64,000 bases of DNA from the human T2T-CHM13v2.0 reference genome, Homo sapiens, in NCBI RefSeq assembly GCF_009914755.1, contig NC_060942.1. One strand, given 5' to 3'. The position numbers were made by a program, and so were the translations under genes. The notes under the pieces were generated by a model. It was given only the letters and a program-made list of their open reading frames with translations, made no database searches and was not told the DNA's origin. This document shows positions 10,840-24,900 of this stretch, one piece after another; position 1 is the first letter of the stretch; each line of letters opens with the position of its first letter.

Positions 10840-13800
10840 CATTCTCAGAAACTTGTTTGTGATGTGTGCCCTCTACTGACAGAGTTGAACCTTTCTTTTC
10901 ATAGAGCAGTTTTGAAACACTCTTTTTGTAGAATCTGCAAGAGGATATTTGCATAGCTTTGAGGATTTCGTGGGAAACGGGATTGTCTTCAGGTAAAATC
11001 TAGACAGAAGCATTCTCAGAAACTTCTTTGGGATGTTTGCATTCAAGTCACAGAGTAGAACATTCCCTTTGGTAGAGCAGGTTTGAAACACTCTTTTTGT
11101 AGTATCTGGAAGTGGACATTTGGAGCGCTTTCAGGCCCATGTTGGAAAGGGAAATATCTTCCCGTAACAACTAGGCAGAAGCATTCTCAGAAACTTATTT
11201 GAGATGTGTGTACTCAACTAAGAGAATTGAACCACCGTTTTGAAGGAGCAGTTTTGAAACACTCTTTTTCTGGAATCTGCAAGAGTATATTTGCCTAGCC
11301 TTGAGGATTTCGTTGGAAACGGGATTGTCTTCAGAGAAAATCTAGACAGAAGCATTCTCAGAAACTTCTTTGGGATGTTTGCATTCAAGTCACAGAGTAG
11401 AACATTCCCTTTGGTAGAGCAGGTTTGAAACACTCTTTTTTTAGTATATGGAAGTGGACATTTTGATCGCTTTCAGGCCTACGTTGGAAAAGGAAATATC
11501 TTCCCATAACAACTAGACAGAAGCATTCTCAGAAACTAGTTTCTGATGTGTGTCCTCAACTAACACAGTTGAACATTTCTTTAGACAGAACAGTTTTGAA
11601 ACACTCTTTTTGTGGAATCTGCAAGTGGCTATTTGGCTAGATTTGAGGATTTCGTTGGAAACGGGATTACATATAAAAAGCAGTCAGCAGCATTCTCAGA
11701 AAGTTCTTTGTGATGATTGCATTCAAGTCACAGAATTGAAGATTCCCTTTCACAGAGCAGGTTTGAAACACTCTTTTTGTAGTGTGTTTAAGTGGACATT
11801 TGGAGCACTTACCGGCCTAAGGTGAAAAAGGAAATATCTTCCCATAAAAACTAGACAGAAGCATTCTCAGAAACTTACTCGTGATGTGTGTCCTCAACTA
11901 AAGGAGTAGAACCTTTCTTTTCATAGGGAAGTTTTGAAACGCTCTTTTTGTGGAATCTGCAAGTGGATATTTGGCTAGTTTTGAGGATTTCGTTGGAAGC
12001 GGGAATTCATACAAATTGCAGACTGCAGCGTTCTGAGAAACATCTTTGTGATGTTTGTATTCAGGACACAGAGTGGAACATTCCCTATCATAGAGCAGGT
12101 TTGAATCACTCCTTTTGTAGTATCTGGAAGTGGACATTTGGAGCGCTTTCAGGCCTATGTTGGAAAAGGAAATATCTTCCCATAACAACTAGACAGAAGC
12201 ATTCTCAGAAACTTATTTGAGATGTGTGTACTCAACTAAGAGAATTGAACCACCGTTTTGAAGGAGCAGTTTTGAAACTCTCTTTTTCTGGAATCTGCAA
12301 GTGGATATTTGGCTAGCTTTGGGGATTTCGCTGGAAGCGGGAATACATATAAAAAGCACACAGCAGCGTTCTGAGAAACTGCTTTCTGATGTTTGCATTC
12401 AAGTCAAAAGTTGAACACTCCCTTTCATAGAGCAGTCTTGAAACACCCCTTTTGTAGTATCTGGAACTGGACTTTTGGAGCGATTTCAGGGCTAAGGTGA
12501 AAAAGGAAATATCTTCCCATAAAAACTGGACAGAAGCATTCTCAGAAACTTGTTTATGCTGTATCTACTCAACTAACAAAGTTGAACCTTTCTTTTGATA
12601 GAGCAGTTTTGAAATGGTCTTTTTGTGGAATCTGCAAGTGGATATTTGGCTAGTTTTGAGGATTTCGTTGGAAGCGGGAATTCATACAAATTGCAGACTG
12701 CAGCGTTCTGAGAAACATCTTTGTGATGTTTGTATTCAGGACACAGAGTTGAACATTCCCTATCATAGAGCAGGTTGTAATCACTCCTTTTGTAGTATCT
12801 GGAAGTGGACATTTGGAGCGCTTTCAGGCCTAGTTTGGAAAGGGAAATATCTTCCCGTAACAACTATGCAGAAGCATTCTCAGAAACTTGTTTGTGATGT
12901 GTGCCCTCTACTGACAGAGTTGAACCTTTCTTTTCATAGAGCAGTTTTGAAACACTCTTTTTGTAGAATCTGCAAGAGGATATTTGCATAGCTTTGAGGA
13001 TTTCGTGGGAAACGGGATTGTCTTCAGGTAAAATCTAGACAGAAGCATTCTCAGAAACTTCTTTGGGATCTTTGCATTCAAGTCACAGAGTAGAACATTC
13101 CCTTTGGTAGAGCAGGTTTGAAACACTCTTTTTGTAGTATCTGGAAGTGGACATTTGGAGCGCTTTCAGGCCCATGTTGGAAAGGGAAATATCTTCCCGT
13201 AACAACTAGGCAGAAGCATTCTCAGAAACTTATTTGAGATGTGTGTACTCAACTAAGAGAATTGAACCACCGTTTTGAAGGAGCAGTTTTGAAACACTCT
13301 TTTTCTGGAATCTGCAAGAGTATATTTGCCTAGCCTTGAGGATTTCGTTGGAAACGGGATTGTCTTCAGAGAAAATCTAGACAGAAGCATTCTCAGAAAC
13401 TTCTTTGGGATGTTTGCATTCAAGTCACAGAGTAGAACATTCCCTTTGGTAGAGCAGGTTTGAAACACTCTTTTTTTAGTATCTGGAAGTGGACATTTGG
13501 AGCGCTTTCAGGCCTACGTTGGAAAAGGAAATATCTTCCCATAACAACTAGACAGAAGCATTCTCAGAAACTAGTTTCTGATGTGTGTCCTCAACTAACA
13601 CAGTTGAACATTTCTTTAGACAGAACAGTTTTGAAACACTCTCTTTGTGGAATCTGCAAGTGGCTATTTGGCTAGATTTGAGGATTTCGTTGGAAACGGG
13701 ATTACATATAAAAAGCAGTCAGCAGCATTCTCAGAAAGTTCTTTGTGATGATTGCATTCAAGTCACAGAATTGAACATTCCCTTTCACAGAGCAGGTTTG

Positions 13801-16800
13801 AAACACTCTTTTTGTAGTGTGTGTAAGTGGACATTTGGAGCACTTACCGGCCTAAGGTGAAAAAGGAAATATCTTCCCATAAAAACTAGACAGAAGCATT
13901 CTCAGAAACTTACTCGTGATGTGTGTCCTCAACTAAAGGAGTAGAACCTTTCTATTCATAGAGAAGTTTTGAAACGCTCTTTTTGTGGAATCTGCAAGTG
14001 GATATTTGGCTAGTTTTGAGGATTTCGTTGGAAGCGGGAATTCATACAAATTGCAGACTGCAGCGTTCTGAGAAACATCTTTGTGATGTTTGTATTCAGG
14101 ACACAGAGTTGAACATTCCCTATCATAGAGCAGGTTTGAATCACTCCTTTTGTAGTATCTGGAAGTGGACATTTGGAGCGCTTTCAGGCCTATGTTGGAA
14201 AAGGAAATATCTTCCCATAACAACTAGACAGAAGCATTCTCAGAAACTTATTTGAGATGTGTGTACTCAACTAAGAGAATTGAACCACCGTTTTGAAGGA
14301 GCAGTTTTGAAACTCTCTTTTTCTGGAATCTGCAAGTGGATATTTGGCTAGCTTTGGGGATTTCGCTGGAAGCGGGAATACATATAAAAAGCACACAGCA
14401 GCGTTCTGAGAAACTGCTTTCTGATGTTTGCATTCAAGTCAAAAGTTGAACACTCCCTTTCATAGAGCAGTCTTGAAACACCCCTTTTGTAGTATCTGGA
14501 ACTGGACTTTTGGAGCGATTTCAGGGCTAAGGTGAAAAAGGAAATATCTTCCCATAAAAACTGGACGGAAGCATTCTCAGAAAATTGTTTATGCTGTATC
14601 TACTCAACTAACAAAGTTGAACCTTTCTTTTGATAGAGCAGTTTTGAAATGGTCTTTTTGTGGAATCTGCAAGTGGATATTTGGCTAGTTTTGAGGATTT
14701 CTTTGGAAGCGGGAATTCATACAAATTGCAGACTGCAGCGTTCTGAGAAACATCTTTGTGATGTTTGTATTCAGGACACAGAGTTGAACATTCCCTATCA
14801 TAGAGCAGGTTGGAATCACTCCTTTTGTAGTATCTGGAAGTGGACATTTGGAGCGCTTTCAGGCCTATTTTGGAAAGGGAAATATCTTCCCGTAACAACT
14901 ATGCAGAAGCATTCTCAGAAACTTGTTTGTGATGTGTGCCCTCTACTGACAGAGTTGAACCTTTCTTTTCATAGAGCAGTTTTGAAACACTCTTTTTGTA
15001 GAATCTGCAAGAGGATATTTGCATAGCTTTGAGGATTTCGTGGGAAACGGGATTGTCTTCAGGTAAAATCTAGACAGAAGCATTCTCAGAAACTTCTTTG
15101 GGATGTTTGCATTCAAGTCACAGAGTAGAACATTCCCTTTGGTAGAGTAGGTTTGAAACACTCTTTTTGTAGTATCTGGAAGTGGACATTTGGAGCGCTT
15201 TCAGGCCCATGTTGGAAAAGGAAATATCTTCCTGTAACAACTAGGCAGAAGCATTCTCAGAAACTTATTTGAGATGTGTGTACTCAACTAAGAGAATTGA
15301 ACAACCGTTTTGAAGGAGCAGTTTTGAAACACTCTTTTTCTGGAATCTGCAAGAGTATATTTGCCTAGCCTTGAGGATTTCGTTGGAAACGGGATTGTCT
15401 TCAGAGAAAATCTAGACAGAAGCATTCTCAGAAACTTCTTTGGGATGTTTGCATTCAAGTCACAGAGTAGAACATTCCCTTTGGTAGAGCAGGTTTGAAA
15501 CACTCTTTTTTTAGTATATGGAAGTGGACATTTTGATCGCTTTCAGGTCTACGTTGGAAAAGGAAATATCTTCCCATAACAACTAGACAGAAGCATTCTC
15601 AGAAACTAGTTTCTGATGTGTGTCCTCAACTAACACAGTTGAACATTTCTTTAGACAGAACAGTTTTGAAACACTCTTTTTGTGGAATCTGCAAGTGGCT
15701 ATTTGGCTAGATTTGAGGATTTCGTTGGAAACGGGATTACATATAAAAAGCAGTCAGCAGCATTCTCAGAAAGTTCTTTGTGATGATTGCATTCAAGTCA
15801 CAGAATTGAACATTCCCTTTCACAGAGCAGGTTTGAAACACTCTTTTTGTAGTGTGTGTAAGTGGACATTTGGAGCGCTTTCCGGCCTAAGGTGAAAAAG
15901 GAAATATCTTCCCATAAAAACTAGACAGAAGCATTCTCAGAAACTTACTCGTGATGTGTGTCCTCAACTAAAGGAGTAGAACCTTTCTTTTCATAGAGAA
16001 GTTTTGAAACACTCTTTTTGTGGAATCTGCAAGTGGATATTTGGCTAGTTTTGAGGATTTCGTTGGAAGCGGGAATTCATACAAATTGCAGACTGCAGCG
16101 TTCTGAGAAACATCTTTGTGATGTTTGTATTCAGGACACAGAGTTGAACATTCCCTATCATAGAGCAGGTTTGAATCACTCCTTTTGTAGTATCTGGAAG
16201 TGGACATTTGGAGCGCTTTCAGGCCTATGTTGGAAAAGGAAATATCTTCCCATAACAACTAGACAGAAGCATTCTCAGAAACTTATTTGAGATGTGTGTA
16301 CTCAACTAAGAGAATTGAACCACCGTTTTGAAGGAGCAGTTTTGAAACACTCTTTTTCTGGAATCTGCAAGTGGATATTTGGCTAGCTTTGGGGATTTCG
16401 CTGGAAGCGGGAATACATATAAAAAGCACACAGCAGCGTTCTGAGAAACTGCTTTCTGATGTTTGCATTCAAGTCAAAAGTTGAACACTCCCTTTCATAG
16501 AGCAGTCTTGAAACACCCCTTTTGTAGTATCTGGAACTGGACTTTTGGAGCGATTTCAGGGCTAAGGTGAAAAAGGAAATATCTTCCCATAAAAACTGGA
16601 CAGAAGCATTCTCAGAAACTTGGTTATGCTGTATCTACTCAACTAACAAAGTTGAACCTTTCTTTTGATAGAGCAGTTTTGAAATGGTCTTTTTGTGGAA
16701 TCTGCAAGTGGATATTTGGCTAGTTTTGAGGATTTCGTTGGAAGCGGGAATTCATACAAATTGCAGACTGCAGCGTTCTGAGAAACATCTTTGTGATGTT

Positions 16801-18979
16801 TGTATTCAGGACACAGAGTTGAACATTCCCTATCATAGAGCAGGTTGTAATCACTCCTTTTGTAGTATCTGGAAGTGGACATTTGGAGCGCTTTCAGGCC
16901 TAGTTTGGAAAGGGAAATATCTTCCCGTAACAACTATGCAGAAGCATTCTCAGAAACTTGTTTGTGATGTGTGCCCTCTACTGACAGAGTTGAACCTTTC
17001 TTTTCATAGAGCAGTTTTGAAACACTCTTTTTGTAGAATCTGCAAGAGGATATTTGCATAGCTTTGAGGATTTCGTGGGAAACGGGATTGTCTTCAGGTA
17101 AAATCTAGACAGAAGCATTCTCAGAAACTTCTTTGGGATCTTTGCATTCAAGTCACAGAGTAGAACATTCCCTTTGGTAGAGCAGGTTTGAAACACTCTT
17201 TTTGTAGTATCTGGAAGTGGACATTTGGAGCGCTTTCAGGCCCATGTTGGAAAGGGAAATATCTTCCCGTAACAACTAGGCAGAAGCATTCTCAGAAACT
17301 TATTTGAGATGTGTGTACTCAACTAAGAGAATTGAACCACCGTTTTGAAGGAGCAGTTTTGAAACACTCTTTTTCTGGAATCTGCAAGAGTATATTTGCC
17401 TAGCCTTGAGGATTTCGTTGGAAACGGGATTGTCTTCAGAGAAAATCTAGACAGAAGCATTCTCAGAAACTTCTTTGGGATGTTTGCATTCAAGTCACAG
17501 AGTAGAACATTCCCTTTGGTAGAGCAGGTTTGAAACACTCTTTTTTTAGTATCTGGAAGTGGACATTTGGAGCGCTTTCAGGCCTACGTTGGAAAAGGAA
17601 ATATCTTCCCATAACAACTAGACAGAAGCATTCTCAGAAACTAGTTTCTGATGTGTGTCCTCAACTAACACAGTTGAACATTTCTTTAGACAGAACAGTT
17701 TTGAAACACTCTCTTTGTGGAATCTGCAAGTGGCTATTTGGCTAGATTTGAGGATTTCGTTGGAAACGGGATTACATATAAAAAGCAGTCAGCAGCATTC
17801 TCAGAAAGTTCTTTGTGATGATTGCATTCAAGTCACAGAATTGAACATTCCCTTTCACAGAGCAGGTTTGAAACACTCTTTTTGTAGTGTGTGTAAGTGG
17901 ACATTTGGAGCACTTACCGGCCTAAGGTGAAAAAGGAAATATCTTCCCATAAAAACTAGACAGAAGCATTCTCAGAAACTTACTCGTGATGTGTGTCCTC
18001 AACTAAAGGAGTAGAACCTTTCTATTCATAGAGAAGTTTTGAAACGCTCTTTTTGTGGAATCTGCAAGTGGATATTTGGCTAGTTTTGAGGATTTCGTTG
18101 GAAGCGGGAATTCATACAAATTGCAGACTGCAGCGTTCTGAGAAACATCTTTGTGATGTTTGTATTCAGGACACAGAGTTGAACATTCCCTATCATAGAG
18201 CAGGTTTGAATCACTCCTTTTGTAGTATCTGGAAGTGGACATTTGGAGCGCTTTCAGGCCTATGTTGGAAAAGGAAATATCTTCCCATAACAACTAGACA
18301 GAAGCATTCTCAGAAACTTATTTGAGATGTGTGTACTCAACTAAGAGAATTGAACCACCGTTTTGAAGGAGCAGTTTTGAAACTCTCTTTTTCTGGAATC
18401 TGCAAGTGGATATTTGGCTAGCTTTGGGGATTTCGCTGGAAGCGGGAATACATATAAAAAGCACACAGCAGCGTTCTGAGAAACTGCTTTCTGATGTTTG
18501 CATTCAAGTCAAAAGTTGAACACTCCCTTTCATAGAGCAGTCTTGAAACACCCCTTTTGTAGTATCTGGAACTGGACTTTTGGAGCGATTTCAGGGCTAA
18601 GGTGAAAAAGGAAATATCTTCCCATAAAAACTGGACGGAAGCATTCTCAGAAAATTGTTTATGCTGTATCTACTCAACTAACAAAGTTGAACCTTTCTTT
18701 TGATAGAGCAGTTTTGAAATGGTCTTTTTGTGGAATCTGCAAGTGGATATTTGGCTAGTTTTGAGGATTTCTTTGGAAGCGGGAATTCATACAAATTGCA
18801 GACTGCAGCGTTCTGAGAAACATCTTTGTGATGTTTGTATTCAGGACACAGAGTTGAACATTCCCTATCATAGAGCAGGTTGGAATCACTCCTTTTGTAG
18901 TATCTGGAAGTGGACATTTGGAGCGCTTTCAGGCCTATTTTGGAAAGGGAAATATCTTCCCGTAACAACTATGCAGAAG
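10840..18979 (+). repeat. Four tandem canonical 12-mer HOR copies (ABCDEF, 2035 bp each)
   Basis: Unit starts at 10840, 12875, 14910 and 16945. E (tttcgctggaagcgggaatacatat) and F (tatgctgtatctact) dimers are present. Confidence 0.95.
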
Positions 18980-21900
18980 CATTCTCAGAAACTTGTTTGT
19001 GATGTGTGCCCTCTACTGACAGAGTTGAACCTTTCTTTTCATAGAGCAGTTTTGAAACACTCTTTTTGTAGAATCTGCAAGAGGATATTTGCATAGCTTT
19101 GAGGATTTCGTGGGAAACGGGATTGTCTTCAGGTAAAATCTAGACAGAAGCATTCTCAGAAACTTCTTTGGGATGTTTGCATTCAAGTCACAGAGTAGAA
19201 CATTCCCTTTGGTAGAGTAGGTTTGAAACACTCTTTTTGTAGTATCTGGAAGTGGACATTTGGAGCGCTTTCAGGCCCATGTTGGAAAAGGAAATATCTT
19301 CCTGTAACAACTAGGCAGAAGCATTCTCAGAAACTTATTTGAGATGTGTGTACTCAACTAAGAGAATTGAACAACCGTTTTGAAGGAGCAGTTTTGAAAC
19401 ACTCTTTTTCTGGAATCTGCAAGAGTATATTTGCCTAGCCTTGAGGATTTCGTTGGAAACGGGATTGTCTTCAGAGAAAATCTAGACAGAAGCATTCTCA
19501 GAAACTTCTTTGGGATGTTTGCATTCAAGTCACAGAGTAGAACATTCCCTTTGGTAGAGCAGGTTTGAAACACTCTTTTTTTAGTATATGGAAGTGGACA
19601 TTTTGATCGCTTTCAGGTCTACGTTGGAAAAGGAAATATCTTCCCATAACAACTAGACAGAAGCATTCTCAGAAACTAGTTTCTGATGTGTGTCCTCAAC
19701 TAACACAGTTGAACATTTCTTTAGACAGAACAGTTTTGAAACACTCTTTTTGTGGAATCTGCAAGTGGCTATTTGGCTAGATTTGAGGATTTCGTTGGAA
19801 ACGGGATTACATATAAAAAGCAGTCAGCAGCATTCTCAGAAAGTTCTTTGTGATGATTGCATTCAAGTCACAGAATTGAACATTCCCTTTCACAGAGCAG
19901 GTTTGAAACACTCTTTTTGTAGTGTGTGTAAGTGGACATTTGGAGCGCTTTCCGGCCTAAGGTGAAAAAGGAAATATCTTCCCATAAAAACTAGACAGAA
20001 GCATTCTCAGAAACTTACTCGTGATGTGTGTCCTCAACTAAAGGAGTAGAACCTTTCTTTTCATAGAGAAGTTTTGAAACACTCTTTTTGTGGAATCTGC
20101 AAGTGGATATTTGGCTAGTTTTGAGGATTTCGTTGGAAGCGGGAATTCATACAAATTGCAGACTGCAGCGTTCTGAGAAACATCTTTGTGATGTTTGTAT
20201 TCAGGACACAGAGTTGAACATTCCCTATCATAGAGCAGGTTTGAATCACTCCTTTTGTAGTATCTGGAAGTGGACATTTGGAGCGCTTTCAGGCCTATGT
20301 TGGAAAAGGAAATATCTTCCCATAACAACTAGACAGAAGCATTCTCAGAAACTTATTTGAGATGTGTGTACTCAACTAAGAGAATTGAACCACCGTTTTG
20401 AAGGAGCAGTTTTGAAACACTCTTTTTCTGGAATCTGCAAGTGGATATTTGGCTAGCTTTGGGGATTTCGCTGGAAGCGGGAATACATATAAAAAGCACA
20501 CAGCAGCGTTCTGAGAAACTGCTTTCTGATGTTTGCATTCAAGTCAAAAGTTGAACACTCCCTTTCATAGAGCAGTCTTGAAACACCCCTTTTGTAGTAT
20601 CTGGAACTGGACTTTTGGAGCGATTTCAGGGCTAAGGTGAAAAAGGAAATATCTTCCCATAAAAACTGGACAGAAGCATTCTCAGAAACTTGTTTATGCT
20701 GTATCTACTCAACTAACAAAGTTGAACCTTTCTTTTGATAGAGCAGTTTTGAAATGGTCTTTTTGTGGAATCTGCAAGTGGATATTTGGCTAGTTTTGAG
20801 GATTTCGTTGGAAGCGGGAATTCATACAAATTGCAGACTGCAGCGTTCTGAGAAACATCTTTGTGATGTTTGTATTCAGGACACAGAGTTGAACATTCCC
20901 TATCATAGAGCAGGTTGTAATCACTCCTTTTGTAGTATCTGGAAGTGGACATTTGGAGCGCTTTCAGGCCCATGTTGGAAAAGGAAATATCGTCCTGTAA
21001 CAACTAGGCAGAAGCATTCTCAGAAACTTATTTGAGATGTGTGTACTCAACTAAGAGAATTGAACCACCGTTTTGAAGGAGCAGTTTTGAAACACTCTTT
21101 TTCTGGAATCTGCAAGAGTATATTTGCCTAGCCTTGAGGATTTCGTTGGAAACGGGATTGTCTTCAGAGAAAATCTAGACAGAAGCATTCTCAGAAACTT
21201 CTTTGGGATGTTTGCATTCAAGTCACAGAGTAGAACATTCCCTTTGGTAGAGCAGGTTTGAAACACTCTTTTTTTAGTATATGGAAGTGGACTTTTTGAT
21301 CGCTTTCAGGCCTACGTTGGAAAAGGAAATATCTTCCCATAACAACTAGACAGAAGCATTCTCAGAAACTAGTTTCTGATGTGTGTCCTCAACTAACACA
21401 GTTGAACATTTCTTTAGACAGAACAGTTTGAAACACTCTTTTTGTGGAATCTGCAAGTGGCTATTTGGCTAGATTTGAGGATTTCGTTGGAAACGGGATT
21501 ACATATAAAAAGCAGACAGCAGCATTCTCAGAAAGTTCTTTGTCATGATTGCATTCAAGTCACAGAATTGAACATTCCCTTTCACAGAGCAGGTTTGAAA
21601 CACTCTTTTTGTAGTGTGTGTAAGTGGACATTTGGAGCGCCTTCCGGCCTAAGGTGAAAAAGGAAATATCTTCCCATAAAAACTAGACAGAAGCATTCTC
21701 AGAAACTTACTCGTGATGTGTGTCCTCAACTAAAGGAGTAGAACCTTTCTTTTCATAGAGAAGTTTTGAAACGCTCTTTTTGTGGAATCTGCAAGTGGAT
21801 ATTTGGCTAGTTTTGAGGATTTCGTTGGAAGCGGGAATTCATACAAATTGCAGACTGCAGCGTTCTGAGAAACATCTTTGTGATGTTTGTATTCAGGACA

Positions 21901-24900
21901 CAGAGTTGAACATTCCCTATCATAGAGCAGGTTTGAATCACTCCTTTTGTAGTATCTGGAAGTGGACATTTGGAGCGCTTTCAGGCCTATGTTGGAAAAG
22001 GAAATATCTTCCCATAACAACTAGACAGAAGCATTCTCAGAAACTTATTTGAGATGTGTGTACTCAACTAAGAGAATTGAACCACCGTTTTGAAGGAGCA
22101 GTTTTGAAACACTCTTTTTCTGGAATCTGCAAGTGGATATTTGGCTAGCTTTGGGGATTTCGCTGGAAGCGGGAATACATATAAAAAGCACACAGCAGCG
22201 TTCTGAGAAGCTGCTTTCTGATGTTTGCATTCAAGTCAAAAGTTGAACACTCCCTTTCATAGAGCAGTCTTGAAACACCCCTTTTGTAGTATCTGGAACT
22301 GGACTTTTGGAGCGATTTCAGGGCTAAGGTGAAAAAGGAAATATCTTCCCATAAAAACTGGACAGAAGCATTCTCAGAAACTTGTTTATGCTGTATCTAC
22401 TCAACTAACAAAGTTGAACCTTTCTTTTGATAGAGCAGTTTTGAAATGGTCTTTTTGTGGAATCTGCAAGTGGATATTTGGCTAGTTTTGAGGATTTCGT
22501 TGGAAGCGGGAATTCATACAAATTGCAGACTGCAGCGTTCTGAGAAACATCTTTGTGATGTTTGTATTCAGGACACAGAGTTGAACATTCCCTATCATAG
22601 AGCAGGTTGGAATCACTCCTTTTGTAGTATCTGGAAGTGGACATTTGGAGCGCTTTCAGGCCTATTTTGGAAAGGGAAATATCTTCCCGTAACAACTATG
22701 CAGAAGCATTCTCAGAAACTTGTTTGTGATGTGTGCCCTCTACTGACAGAGTTGAACCTTTCTTTTCATAGAGCAGTTTTGAAACACTCTTTTTGTAGAA
22801 TCTGCAAGAGGATATTTGCATAGCTTTGAGGATTTCGTGGGAAACGGGATTGTCTTCAGGTAAAATCTAGACAGAAGCATTCTCAGAAACTTCTTTGGGA
22901 TGTTTGCATTCAAGTCACAGAGTAGAACATTCCCTTTGGTAGAGTAGGTTTGAAACACTCTTTTTGTAGTATCTGGAAGTGGACATTTGGAGCGCTTTCA
23001 GGCCCATGTTGGAAAAGGAAATATCTTCCTGTAACAACTAGGCAGAAGCATTCTCAGAAACTTATTTGAGATGTGTGTACTCAACTAAGAGAATTGAACA
23101 ACCGTTTTGAAGGAGCAGTTTTGAAACACTCTTTTTCTGGAATCTGCAAGAGTATATTTGCCTAGCCTTGAGGATTTCGTTGGAAACGGGATTGTCTTCA
23201 GAGAAAATCTAGACAGAAGCATTCTCAGAAACTTCTTTGGGATGTTTGCATTCAAGTCACAGAGTAGAACATTCCCTTTGGTAGAGCAGGTTTGAAACAC
23301 TCTTTTTTTAGTATATGGAAGTGGACATTTTGATCGCTTTCAGGTCTACGTTGGAAAAGGAAATATCTTCCCATAACAACTAGACAGAAGCATTCTCAGA
23401 AACTAGTTTCTGATGTGTGTCCTCAACTAACACAGTTGAACATTTCTTTAGACAGAACAGTTTTGAAACACTCTTTTTGTGGAATCTGCAAGTGGCTATT
23501 TGGCTAGATTTGAGGATTTCGTTGGAAACGGGATTACATATAAAAAGCAGTCAGCAGCATTCTCAGAAAGTTCTTTGTGATGATTGCATTCAAGTCACAG
23601 AATTGAACATTCCCTTTCACAGAGCAGGTTTGAAACACTCTTTTTGTAGTGTGTGTAAGTGGACATTTGGAGCGCTTTCCGGCCTAAGGTGAAAAAGGAA
23701 ATATCTTCCCATAAAAACTAGACAGAAGCATTCTCAGAAACTTACTCGTGATGTGTGTCCTCAACTAAAGGAGTAGAACCTTTCTTTTCATAGAGAAGTT
23801 TTGAAACACTCTTTTTGTGGAATCTGCAAGTGGATATTTGGCTAGTTTTGAGGATTTCGTTGGAAGCGGGAATTCATACAAATTGCAGACTGCAGCGTTC
23901 TGAGAAACATCTTTGTGATGTTTGTATTCAGGACACAGAGTTGAACATTCCCTATCATAGAGCAGGTTTGAATCACTCCTTTTGTAGTATCTGGAAGTGG
24001 ACATTTGGAGCGCTTTCAGGCCTATGTTGGAAAAGGAAATATCTTCCCATAACAACTAGACAGAAGCATTCTCAGAAACTTATTTGAGATGTGTGTACTC
24101 AACTAAGAGAATTGAACCACCGTTTTGAAGGAGCAGTTTTGAAACACTCTTTTTCTGGAATCTGCAAGTGGATATTTGGCTAGCTTTGGGGATTTCGCTG
24201 GAAGCGGGAATACATATAAAAAGCACACAGCAGCGTTCTGAGAAACTGCTTTCTGATGTTTGCATTCAAGTCAAAAGTTGAACACTCCCTTTCATAGAGC
24301 AGTCTTGAAACACCCCTTTTGTAGTATCTGGAACTGGACTTTTGGAGCGATTTCAGGGCTAAGGTGAAAAAGGAAATATCTTCCCATAAAAACTGGACAG
24401 AAGCATTCTCAGAAACTTGTTTATGCTGTATCTACTCAACTAACAAAGTTGAACCTTCCTTTTGATAGAGCAGTTTTGAAATGGTCTTTTTGTGGAATCT
24501 GCAAGTGGATATTTGGCTAGTTTTGAGGATTTCGTTGGAAGCGGGAATTCATACAAATTGCAGACTGCAGCGTTCTGAGAAACATCTTTGTGATGTTTGT
24601 ATTCAGGACACAGAGTTGAACATTCCCTATCATAGAGCAGGTTGTAATCACTCCTTTTGTAGTATCTGGAAGTGGACATTTGGAGCGCTTTCAGGCCCAT
24701 GTTGGAAAAGGAAATATCTTCCTGTAACAACTAGGCAGAAGCATTCTCAGAAACTTATTTGAGATGTGTGTACTCAACTAAGAGAATTGAACCACCGTTT
24801 TGAAGGAGCAGTTTTGAAACACTCTTTTTCTGGAATCTGCAAGAGTATATTTGCCTAGCCTTGAGGATTTCGTTGGAAACGGGATTGTCTTCAGAGAAAA

